A stretch of 29,835 bases of DNA from a virus. Lineage: Duplodnaviria > Caudoviricetes. The translations under genes and the position numbers were made by a program. Below, one piece after another: positions 6,792-14,873 of this stretch. Within the stretch, counting starts at the first letter, position 1, and each line of letters opens with the position of its first letter. The notes below the pieces were generated by a model. It had not been told where the DNA came from and ran no database searches. It worked only from the letters and a program-made list of their open reading frames with translations. The stretch covers positions 1 to 29,835 of the IMG/VR virus record IMGVR_UViG_3300033407_000092; one strand, 5' to 3'.

Positions 6792-6843
6792 GATGAAAAT
6801 AAGTAATAAGCGAATAGTCGCAGGGTCGATACTAGCAACGTTG
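6768..6843. repeat. 15-bp direct repeat ATACTAGCAACGTTG (6768-6782, 6829-6843)
   Basis: Exact copies with a palindromic core CAACGTTG. Confidence 0.85.
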
Positions 6844-7204
6844 CTGTTTCTCGGTCCAATAAATAAGCCCAAAGCGGGGCAGCCAACCAGTAAAATAGAG
6901 CAGAAGATCCTAACCGAAAATATAAAACTTGACCAAATACGCGCTTTAACAACATGCTTAGTTTACGTAACACATAGCGATAACAGCGACAAAGAAGAGT
7001 ACGCGCAAAAGGCGCGAAAGATGCTTCTAATGTTTCCCCGTTCGTACAATAACGTAAGCTCTTATTTTTTTGGCTTAGCTAAAGGCTACATGCACGGTAT
7101 TGCGGTTAGAACTAGAGAGCGTTACTCGCATCTAACCGAGGAGCAAGTAGTCGTGATTACTGCTGGCATTCTGTTCAATAGGGCAGAATGCACAAAAGCA
7201 GTAA

Positions 7205-7218
<14 letters not shown>
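6793..7218 (+). CDS. Hypothetical protein with N-terminal hydrophobic (signal/anchor) segment
   Basis: GAGGTGA RBS; MKISNKR followed by IVAGSILATLLFLG. Confidence 0.75.
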
Positions 7219-7555
<337 letters not shown>

Positions 7556-7564
7556 GAGTGTCAC

Positions 7565-7984
7565 ATGTACACTAGAAATAAAATCTTATACAAAAAGGGG
7601 TATAAATATCAGCTAGTAGAAGGGCTTAGCAGCTTGGTAAATATATATCCTGTTAAGACTATTATTTCAGAATATATTATTCTATCCACTTTCGGAGAGC
7701 TGTACCTTAAACGCGGCTACGCCTGGGACGGCGCAAGCGGGGCGATTGATACGCCATCATTTATGCGTGGGTCAGCGGTACATGATGCATTGTACCAGTT
7801 AATGCGACTGGGGTTATTAGACGCTGATAAGTATCGTAAGATAGCGGATAAAGAACTCCGGAATATGTGCAAAGAAGATGGTATGGGTATTTTTCGTGCT
7901 GCTTATGTCTACAAAGCGGTGCGCTTACTTGGTAGCAAGCATGTAAAACCAAGTAGTAAGAAGCTGACCTTTACAGCGCCATAG
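7565..7984 (+). CDS. DUF1353-like protein
   Basis: GYAWDGAS...DT..FMRGSAVHDALY...AD motif; AGGAG RBS. Confidence 0.7.
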   Translation: MYTRNKILYKKGYKYQLVEGLSSLVNIYPVKTIISEYIILSTFGELYLKRGYAWDGASGAIDTPSFMRGSAVHDALYQLMRLGLLDADKYRKIADKELRNMCKEDGMGIFRAAYVYKAVRLLGSKHVKPSSKKLTFTAP

Positions 7985-8001
7985 AATATAGGGGGTGTTT
8001 T

Positions 8002-8262
8002 ATGACACGATTAGAGATGAAGTTGCGGAAATTCTTTAGCACAATAAAATGTATTAACGAATTAGAAACAGGCGAAATAGATCGCATAGTTGACTGCGCT
8101 AAGACAGCAATTAAAAAAGGCGAAGAGTGGGGGATAAAAGGCACCATAAATTACGATACAAAAACGTGTAAATACAGCTTAAAAATAGTAGAGCTATGCG
8201 TTGCTGAACACTCGGATTTTAGCGTGGAAAGAATGCTAGCTTACGCACATAGCATTAAATAA
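8002..8262 (+). CDS. Hypothetical protein
   Basis: 86-aa ORF with GGGGGTG RBS. Confidence 0.7.
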   Translation: MTRLEMKLRKFFSTIKCINELETGEIDRIVDCAKTAIKKGEEWGIKGTINYDTKTCKYSLKIVELCVAEHSDFSVERMLAYAHSIK

Positions 8263-8275
8263 GGAGTAAAACAGT

Positions 8276-8572
8276 ATGCGTGACGCCATTTTGTATGAAT
8301 ATCGCTTAATAGAAGAAGGTACCGCCGATACCAGTACAGTATTTGATATTGAGCAAGAGGAGTCAGATGATTCAGAGGAGGACAGCACAAAGAAATGGGA
8401 GAAAGTCGAGGTATGTCGCGTTAAATTTCATGCGTTTGGGGTGAATTATGAAGAGTTCAATAGCAATATTGGCATCTATTCATCCGCGATTATAGAAATG
8501 CCGGACGGCATGTTAGAAAATGTTCCGGTAGAGTTAATTCAGTTAGTGCCAGATGGCGTAACATTGCAATAA
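8276..8572 (+). CDS. Conserved hypothetical phage protein (acidic)
   Basis: TAAGGAG RBS; FHAFG..YEEF......AIIE.PDG..ENVP pattern resembles a common phage family. Confidence 0.75.
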   Translation: MRDAILYEYRLIEEGTADTSTVFDIEQEESDDSEEDSTKKWEKVEVCRVKFHAFGVNYEEFNSNIGIYSSAIIEMPDGMLENVPVELIQLVPDGVTLQ

Positions 8573-8586
8573 TAGGGGTAATAAAA

Positions 8587-8823
8587 ATGCTTAAAATGAA
8601 TGGTGGTTTTAAAATGACAGATAAAAAGAATGACAAGACTATAGTAGAAAATATGCTGTTATACATAGCGGAGTACATTCTGCCTAAGAAATTAGTGTTT
8701 ATATGCGCGGTAATTGTAGTAGCCCACGCGTTAGAGGGTAAGCACAAGGGAACCGATAGAATGCGTTTACTCGCCGTAGAAGCGCTCGCGCGTTTCGCTG
8801 CAGATAACGGTTTGATAAAATAA
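8587..8823 (+). CDS. Hypothetical protein with a hydrophobic segment
   Basis: 78-aa ORF; alternative start at 8614. Confidence 0.6.
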   Translation: MLKMNGGFKMTDKKNDKTIVENMLLYIAEYILPKKLVFICAVIVVAHALEGKHKGTDRMRLLAVEALARFAADNGLIK

Positions 8824-8835
8824 GAAGGGTAGGGT

Positions 8836-9024
8836 ATGAAAGAGTTTGATGTAGAAGCAGCAAAAGCAGGCTATCCAGTTTGCGATATAGAAGGCACACC
8901 AGTGCGTGTAGCGCATTACGATACACAAAACAACATGTACCATATTATGTACATGAATCACAATCGCGGCAGTTGGGCTACAGGTAAAGATTTACGCATG
9001 TTAACCGGTAACAGCCGCAGGTAA
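8836..9024 (+). CDS. Hypothetical phage protein
   Basis: MKEFDVEAAKAG.PVC...G..VR N-terminus resembles a common small phage protein family. Confidence 0.7.
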   Translation: MKEFDVEAAKAGYPVCDIEGTPVRVAHYDTQNNMYHIMYMNHNRGSWATGKDLRMLTGNSRR

Positions 9025-9517
9025 TTTTTTAACTTTAAATACAGGGGTAAATACAAAATGAGTGAAAATACTAAGACACCGCATGCACACGCAGAGTTGA
9101 TACATAAGTGGGCGGATGACACAAGTCAAGTTGTACTTTTTAACGTTTCCGATAATTGGGAAGTTATGACGTATATTGTAGGTTTTTTATGGGATCCAAA
9201 GAATAAGTATTTCTTAGTATGCGAAGAGCACGTAGATATTGCGCTGCACTGGTTGAACGGTGGACAGGTCGAAATAATGCATCCACAGGAGGGGACCTTT
9301 ATGCGTACAAATAACCCGCAATTCGTCGCAGGCTATGTTTACCGTAAAGTCCTTACAGCAGAACAGAAAGCTGAGATAGGAGAGCTAGAGGATTATATAT
9401 CCATCAATCGACAAGTGATTAAAAATCTTACGGCAAGAGCAAAAAGCTTGACTGACCGTACGCGTGAGATGGAAGCTAAGATTCGTAGTTACGAGCAATA
9501 GGCCGCAGGTAATTTTT
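9014..9517 (+). repeat. 16-bp direct repeat GCCGCAGGTAATTTTT flanking gene 9058..9501
   Basis: Exact copies at 9014-9029 and 9502-9517. Confidence 0.88.
9058..9501 (+). CDS. Hypothetical phage protein with C-terminal coiled coil
   Basis: PHAHAELIHKWA N-terminal motif; heptad-like C-terminus. Confidence 0.75.
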   Translation: MSENTKTPHAHAELIHKWADDTSQVVLFNVSDNWEVMTYIVGFLWDPKNKYFLVCEEHVDIALHWLNGGQVEIMHPQEGTFMRTNNPQFVAGYVYRKVLTAEQKAEIGELEDYISINRQVIKNLTARAKSLTDRTREMEAKIRSYEQ

Positions 9518-9518
9518 C

Positions 9519-9597
9519 AAAGATAAGATAAACGTCGAGGGAGCGGCGGAAAGGAAAGGGTAGGAAACCTGACCGCCGGGGGTTCTCCCCCGACGAG
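9519..9597 (-). ncRNA. Candidate ~75-nt small RNA with a pyrimidine-rich anti-RBS-like loop
   Basis: On the - strand: 11-bp stem CGUCGGGGGAG/CUCCCUCGACG (one G-U), 6-bp stem CGGCGG/CCGCCG, loop UCAGGUUUCCUACCCUUUCCUUU and a U-rich tail; begins just after a promoter. Confidence 0.55.
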
Positions 9598-9602
9598 CCT
9601 CT

Positions 9603-9631
9603 AGTATACCCCGCCAACATTAAACAATCAA
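9603..9631 (-). promoter_or_regulatory. Putative sigma70 promoter for the small RNA
   Basis: TTGATT (9631-9626)-N17-TATACT (9608-9603). Confidence 0.6.
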
Positions 9632-9646
9632 TCATCCCACCAGCTA

Positions 9647-12070
9647 TTACTCACCTTCATTATTCAATTCAACTATAAAATCACGAAACTTTTCAGCGTT
9701 ACAGTCAAGTATTTTTTCTTTAAACCGTTGAATAGCGGCCGGGTCACCTGCCTGCTTCGCTGATTTCTGGCCGTTACCTTTATTCTCAATAGTATATCGT
9801 AGATAGCAGTTTTTACCGTCGAGTTTAAATTTCACGTTCGATTTAAACTTACCTCCAAGCGGAGCAGTATAATCGTTAAGCGCTTTTTTGAGCTGCGTAT
9901 CCCAGTAAGTAGTATTAGGTGCTTCACAAATTGACGCGTATTTTGCAATCCACTCTATTATTAATTTAGTACAGAACACGCCTTCGCAGTACTTTTCTGC
10001 GAACAAAATGCTACCTATCACCAGTCTATTGATGGGAGTCGCGCTACCCCTTTGTGACAGCAGGTCTTCTTCTGACGTTGTTTGTACTTCGGTTCCAACA
10101 GGCGCGAAGGGATTGTAGTTATCTATATTACGATTTTTAAGCATCAGCCATATACTCGGCTGCCAGTCTGTTTCTAACCACTTGTGTAATTTTGTAAAGT
10201 TTTCTGGACTGTCTACCTCAGTAGTACACGATATAAATTTAAAACGCCTATCGTTCAGCGGAATATTTAAAGTGTCGGCGTGTTGTGAGCATATGATATA
10301 GCTTGAATAGACTTTAGATTCTGTTTGGCCGCCGTATTTTGTTTTTAACACATGAGTAGTAGGGGAGGGGTCTATACCAGATTTTAGCGCTTCATACGCC
10401 TTATGTTCCTGCCGGGGGTTTAAGCTGATATCTTTTGCTTCGGGCACTATAACGTATGCTTTTCGTAGCCAATCATTGAAACCCTCACCTGCTAACCCCC
10501 CTAAAAGCTCTCCCAAGCCCACTACAGCGATATTGTTAGAACCCCAAAGCATTCCTAGCATCTTGCTTAAAGTGCCGCGTCCTGAGCCTTGTATGGGCGT
10601 AGTTAGTACCGCGCAGGGGCCGCGTAAAGTATGGTCTTGCACTTTAGATGCTATGTGGTCGAGAAACCAGGTGGCGTCGTCTTTATCCGGTATAAGGTAA
10701 TTGATAAAATCTACGAATGTGGACTCGTTATACGCTCTGCGTGAGACCTTTTCAGTCTCCCAAAGTGGCCGTTTAAATAGATTTAAAAATTTGTTGGGCC
10801 CTTTTTCTATGACAAGTTCGTTGCACGGTTCGTATATTTCACCGTGCAGGGTTAAAACGTTAGCTTCCATCAGCTTCCATTGTGGCACACACTTACAGTT
10901 TCCTTTTTTATCCACGTAAAAAGCTTTGTCACAATACATCTGACGCCACGAAGTAGGCGAGTATCTCAATCCTGCGCCCGATTTTACATCGAAATAGAAC
11001 CCGCTGGACGCGTTAGCTACATAAACCCATTTAACCGAGTTAGTAGGGGCATGGTCAACGTATCCAACTTCCGGCCCGCCAAGCTTCGCGATTTCCTCTA
11101 AAAATTCTGTGGGGGTTCTATGGCTACAGTGCCCATGAAAACAATGAAACCCCCGAGTTTCAGGGCGATCGCCGAAGCCTAAAGGGCTATAGCCTGCCGT
11201 GTTACCGGTACCCTCAGAGTGTTCCTCATGCCACGGACAAATAACTTCTATCCAGTCGGTTCCCTCCGTCACTATTAGCTCTTTTGCGTTTAAGAATTCA
11301 ACCACTTCATCGACTACGCCACCGAGATTTTCGAGATACGCGCCAGGTTTCCAGGGTGCTGTACCTCGGGTTCTGCGCGGGTCTTTTTTACTTGCGGACC
11401 CGTTTTGTACGTCTTCCCAGGTAACACCCGCGTTTACAGCCGTAAGCAGTTCATCAGGCGTGAAAGTATTAAAGGGCTCGTCAGTGGGGTCAGTATCCCG
11501 CACTTTAAACGCCCCGTTTTCTGTAACGTATTTGGATTTTAAGTTTATACCGCATGGCAATCTAACCAATTTGTTAGCCAGTGCACCGCCGCTATCCCAT
11601 GGGCCGGCCCCATATATAATTCTAATTAAATCGGATGCGGCGTTAATGTCGCTGATAGGCTCCTCTAATACATAGCCATATTGAAAGTTGTCGGGTGACG
11701 TTTCAACACACCACGAATATTCACACCTTAATAAATCCGGTAGTTTATCAGGGGGGCATTTAGAACCTGGCCCGGTGCCTATGTCGTCAAGTACTACGCA
11801 ATGTAAGCGGTTGAAAAGCTTCTTCAAATTGCGTAATTTACTAAAATGTGTGTCAGAATCAGGGTCATAATCCGGGTCCTCTATAGCCGTAGCCGTACTA
11901 AAATAACAGGCCTTACCGGCGGCCCCCCGGGAGGACATAAATTCATCGTAGGATTTAGCTATGCCAGGTGTGGACTTAGCACTCGCACAAAATATACGAT
12001 GCTCGTCTTCATTTAGGTTTCTAAATATGTTGTTTAAAAAGGTATTGATATTTTTAGCGTCGTCACTCAT
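9647..12070 (-). CDS. Primase-helicase (RepB-type primase, Zn-binding domain, DUF5906/SF3-like NTPase)
   Basis: CVVLDDIG and ETSPDNFQYGY (RepB-like primase); CPW.EEH...FHCFHGHC; P-loop QGSGRGT, FNDW and DRRF. Confidence 0.85.
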   Translation of the reverse strand: MSDDAKNINTFLNNIFRNLNEDEHRIFCASAKSTPGIAKSYDEFMSSRGAAGKACYFSTATAIEDPDYDPDSDTHFSKLRNLKKLFNRLHCVVLDDIGTGPGSKCPPDKLPDLLRCEYSWCVETSPDNFQYGYVLEEPISDINAASDLIRIIYGAGPWDSGGALANKLVRLPCGINLKSKYVTENGAFKVRDTDPTDEPFNTFTPDELLTAVNAGVTWEDVQNGSASKKDPRRTRGTAPWKPGAYLENLGGVVDEVVEFLNAKELIVTEGTDWIEVICPWHEEHSEGTGNTAGYSPLGFGDRPETRGFHCFHGHCSHRTPTEFLEEIAKLGGPEVGYVDHAPTNSVKWVYVANASSGFYFDVKSGAGLRYSPTSWRQMYCDKAFYVDKKGNCKCVPQWKLMEANVLTLHGEIYEPCNELVIEKGPNKFLNLFKRPLWETEKVSRRAYNESTFVDFINYLIPDKDDATWFLDHIASKVQDHTLRGPCAVLTTPIQGSGRGTLSKMLGMLWGSNNIAVVGLGELLGGLAGEGFNDWLRKAYVIVPEAKDISLNPRQEHKAYEALKSGIDPSPTTHVLKTKYGGQTESKVYSSYIICSQHADTLNIPLNDRRFKFISCTTEVDSPENFTKLHKWLETDWQPSIWLMLKNRNIDNYNPFAPVGTEVQTTSEEDLLSQRGSATPINRLVIGSILFAEKYCEGVFCTKLIIEWIAKYASICEAPNTTYWDTQLKKALNDYTAPLGGKFKSNVKFKLDGKNCYLRYTIENKGNGQKSAKQAGDPAAIQRFKEKILDCNAEKFRDFIVELNNEGE

Positions 12071-12073
12071 AAT
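12045..12073 (+). promoter_or_regulatory. Putative antisense promoter overlapping the primase start codon
   Basis: TTGATA (12045-12050)-N17-CATAAT (12068-12073). Confidence 0.5.
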
Positions 12074-12100
12074 AAAACCTCAGCAATTAAATTTCCCATT

Positions 12101-12131
12101 AGCCCGGGCCCCCATAGAACCGGGTTTTTTT
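12101..12131 (+). terminator. Intrinsic terminator oriented against the - strand operon
   Basis: AGCCCGG-N12-CCGGGTT with T7 on the + strand; the stem has a G-U pair that forms only on the + strand. Confidence 0.65.
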
Positions 12132-12133
12132 AT

Positions 12134-12595
12134 TTAGAATCTATAGTTAAAGCTCAAACTAAATACGAGCGCTTCGCCGAACCAAGTCACTTTAGGTATA
12201 AAGTAGTCATATTTTGTATACGCTACAGACGCAGCAAACAGCGCAGACGTTTCACTGTATCCGCTTACGTATCCCACGTTAACAGATGCTTCTATGTTTT
12301 TAACTGGCTGCCAGTAGTGGGCATACGACAGCGCATATGATTTGACGTAATAGCTATTGGTAAAAGATGTGAGTTCAGCACCATGCGTTTGATTACGGTA
12401 CGCGACAGAAAACATGTTTAATTTATTATTTAGATTGTATTTATCTTCGTCTAAAAAAAGTTTATGCGAAGCATACGCAAAATAGGTGACTTGTAGAAAC
12501 GGCTCTTCTATAATGCGGTTTTTAATCGGGGATTTTTCTTCGGCGCTGATGGCCTGAAAAGGTAGTAATAATAGTAGCACTAGTAATATTTTCAT
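12134..12595 (-). CDS. Outer-membrane beta-barrel protein, PagP-like family
   Basis: Signal peptide MKILLVLLLLLPFQAISA; amphipathic strands; F-x-NS-Y and G-x-V-x-GY motifs; C-terminal FSLSFNYRF (BAM beta-signal). Confidence 0.7.
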   Translation of the reverse strand: MKILLVLLLLLPFQAISAEEKSPIKNRIIEEPFLQVTYFAYASHKLFLDEDKYNLNNKLNMFSVAYRNQTHGAELTSFTNSYYVKSYALSYAHYWQPVKNIEASVNVGYVSGYSETSALFAASVAYTKYDYFIPKVTWFGEALVFSLSFNYRF

Positions 12596-13983
12596 TTTGT
12601 CAATCTCCTGCAGTTGTTAAGGTATTCATGAAATTTGTCTGAGGCCTCTTTACGATTTTTCAATTTAAGCTTCATAACGTTGTCTTCTATCGTGTTTACA
12701 GAATGTATGACGTATCTATCTACAAAAGAAGACTTTTGCCCCTGTCGCGCAAGCCGCCCCACCAGCTGGCCCCATTCATCTGCAGACCAGAAATAGCCTA
12801 AGCATATTATGGTATGGCCAGGGCCGTATTGTAAATTTAAGCCGTGTCCAGCCGATTTTGGATGAATGAGCATGATAGAAAGGGAGCCATTTTCCCACTC
12901 TTGCAGCAACTTGTCATTAGTTTTTTTGCCGTTGGCAGCGCTGAAAACAGGCGCGTTATATTTTTCAATTAACGCGTCCCGTTGAAAACTAAATTGATAC
13001 ACGACCAATACAGGCGTATCAATCGTCTTTAGTAATTCATCTAGCAGTTGCATTTTTGTATCGTGTATAGCTATGGCTGTTTTGTGCGTATCAAACTCGC
13101 CCTGATAGTACAAACCGCCGCAGCATATTTGATGCAATTTACCCTGCAATACCGCTTCGTTAGCCGCTTCAATAGTATAGCCCCCTATATCGCATACGCT
13201 ATATTTTACCAGTTCAAAATAGCATTGTTTGGCATTAGGTGGTAGGTCGAACGTGATTTCGATATCGCGTATCTCCGGTAAGTGTTCGGCGTATTTAGTG
13301 CCTTCTACAATGTAAATAACATCTTCTAGGATTCGCGTTAAACGCTCGCGGCCATCCACTTGAAAATCCCATTTGTGACCCTTGAAATCCATCTGCATAA
13401 AAAACCTTCGCTTAAACATATCGTTATTGCGTCCGAGTCTTCGTCCCAGGTCGATAATTAGCATTTGCCCGTAGATTTCTATACTCTCCTGGGCCACAGG
13501 GTCCGCAGTCATACCCACGCGCCATGAAAATCTTTTAGTTTGATTTCTTAACTTTTTAAACCCTACGCCACATATAGCTTTTAATTTAGTGATCTCGTCC
13601 ACCAGCAGCCCGTCAAAGTTGTGCTCCGGGTACGTCTTAAATAACCACGCTAAATTTTCAAAGTTACATATGACGACTTGAGAGTTTTGAGCCATTAGTT
13701 CTTTACGCTTTTTTGCGGCGGCCCCGGCCAGGCACACGCAAGTAGCATCTTGTAAATGTGACCATTTGTTCGCCTCGTCAGCCCACACCATAGTGCACAC
13801 TTGAGAGGTAGACAGAACAAGCACGCGCTTTAATACGCCGTCATTTAGCAGGTCTGTAATAGCTGTGTAACCTACGACGCATTTACCGAAGCCCTTAGGC
13901 GCGACAAGCAGGCACTCGTCAACGCCGAATAGATGGTCAATAGCTTTGTTCTGGTCCTTGGTAAAATTATCAGGTGTCAGCAT
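12592..13983 (-). CDS. SNF2-like SF2 helicase
   Basis: GFGK, VDEIT, MTADP, HPKSAGHGLNLQ and Q..GRL.RQGQ motifs. Confidence 0.92.
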   Translation of the reverse strand: MLTPDNFTKDQNKAIDHLFGVDECLLVAPKGFGKCVVGYTAITDLLNDGVLKRVLVLSTSQVCTMVWADEANKWSHLQDATCVCLAGAAAKKRKELMAQNSQVVICNFENLAWLFKTYPEHNFDGLLVDEITKLKAICGVGFKKLRNQTKRFSWRVGMTADPVAQESIEIYGQMLIIDLGRRLGRNNDMFKRRFFMQMDFKGHKWDFQVDGRERLTRILEDVIYIVEGTKYAEHLPEIRDIEITFDLPPNAKQCYFELVKYSVCDIGGYTIEAANEAVLQGKLHQICCGGLYYQGEFDTHKTAIAIHDTKMQLLDELLKTIDTPVLVVYQFSFQRDALIEKYNAPVFSAANGKKTNDKLLQEWENGSLSIMLIHPKSAGHGLNLQYGPGHTIICLGYFWSADEWGQLVGRLARQGQKSSFVDRYVIHSVNTIEDNVMKLKLKNRKEASDKFHEYLNNCRRLTK

Positions 13984-14188
13984 GCTTTTTCCTCTTTATC
14001 AGCGTGGGCGTGGTGGTAACGAGCGTATAGAATTTTTCAGAAAAAAGTATCTCAAAGTCTTCAGCAACCATGTGGTCTATAATTCTGATGTACTCCTCAA
14101 TTTCTGCCCTGTTAGGGGACGTTTTAAACACTGAATACTTGCCTTCTGGGCTTCGCACGCCCGCTTCAAAAACTATTAACGATTCCAT
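13970..14188 (-). CDS. Hypothetical protein
   Basis: 72-aa ORF filling the gap between the nuclease and the helicase; overlaps the helicase start. Confidence 0.65.
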   Translation of the reverse strand: MESLIVFEAGVRSPEGKYSVFKTSPNRAEIEEYIRIIDHMVAEDFEILFSEKFYTLVTTTPTLIKRKKHADT

Positions 14189-14199
14189 AAATAGGGCCC

Positions 14200-14511
14200 T
14201 TATAAACCGGAGTTACATTTGCAGTCTGCGTGATGCGCCTGCACTATTTGAACAAAGTAATCAAAAGATTCGCAGACGTAAGCACTCGCGCCTTGAGCTA
14301 TTATCTTTTTTCTTTCTATTTTTTGAAGCTCTGCTAATTTACCGGTGCCGTCTGGGCGTTTCATTTCAACGTAGACAGTGTTACCGGTAACAGGAAATAT
14401 TAATAGCAGGTCTGGCCATCCTTTGCGCCCTTCGCAATGCACTTTGCGCACTAACACTTTGTATTTTTTTGCGTAGGCTGCGCACTTTTTTTGCAGTTTT
14501 GATTCAATCAT
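14200..14511 (-). CDS. VRR-NUC domain nuclease
   Basis: Start moved to ATG 14511 (MIESKLQ); E..LQ, GWPDLL, VEMKRP..GKL..LQ motifs. Confidence 0.88.
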   Translation of the reverse strand: MIESKLQKKCAAYAKKYKVLVRKVHCEGRKGWPDLLLIFPVTGNTVYVEMKRPDGTGKLAELQKIERKKIIAQGASAYVCESFDYFVQIVQAHHADCKCNSGL

Positions 14512-14542
14512 GATATAAAAACCCCCCTTTTTGGAAAATCCT

Positions 14543-14570
14543 ATACTACCATTAATATTAAAAAATACAA
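14543..14570 (-). promoter_or_regulatory. Putative leftward promoter for the nuclease/helicase/primase operon
   Basis: TTGTAT-N16-TAGTAT with a TGn extension. Confidence 0.5.
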
Positions 14571-14591
14571 TCAAAAAGTTTTTTAATTAGT

Positions 14592-14630
14592 GTTTGCTTT
14601 TTATAACGATATGTTTTACTATTAGCAAAC
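14592..14630 (+). promoter_or_regulatory. Putative rightward promoter bracketed by the inverted repeat GTTTGCT/AGCAAAC
   Basis: TTGCTT (14594-14599)-N17-TACTAT (14617-14622); repeat arms at 14592-14598 and 14624-14630. Confidence 0.55.
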
Positions 14631-14656
14631 TTAAAAAATAGGTATATGGAGGGCGT

Positions 14657-14839
14657 ATGACTGAAATCAGTAAAAAACTAGATCTAAAGTTACCGAAAAA
14701 ATCTGTTAAAAAGCAAAAGGGGTTTTATTTAGAAATAGGTGTGATAGAATTTTTTAAAGAAGAGTCAGCGGCGCTTGAAGTTTCTGAAAATATTTTACTG
14801 ACAGCATTGGTTGATTTCTACAAGTCAAACGCTAAATAA
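14657..14839 (+). CDS. Putative ribbon-helix-helix (CopG/Arc-like) regulator
   Basis: GGAGG RBS; strand KQKGFYL followed by two helices (VIEFFKEESAAL-EVS-ENILLTALVDFY). Confidence 0.55.
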   Translation: MTEISKKLDLKLPKKSVKKQKGFYLEIGVIEFFKEESAALEVSENILLTALVDFYKSNAK

Positions 14840-14873
14840 TAGCTATTAATCTATTAATAAGGGTAAAAAATAT

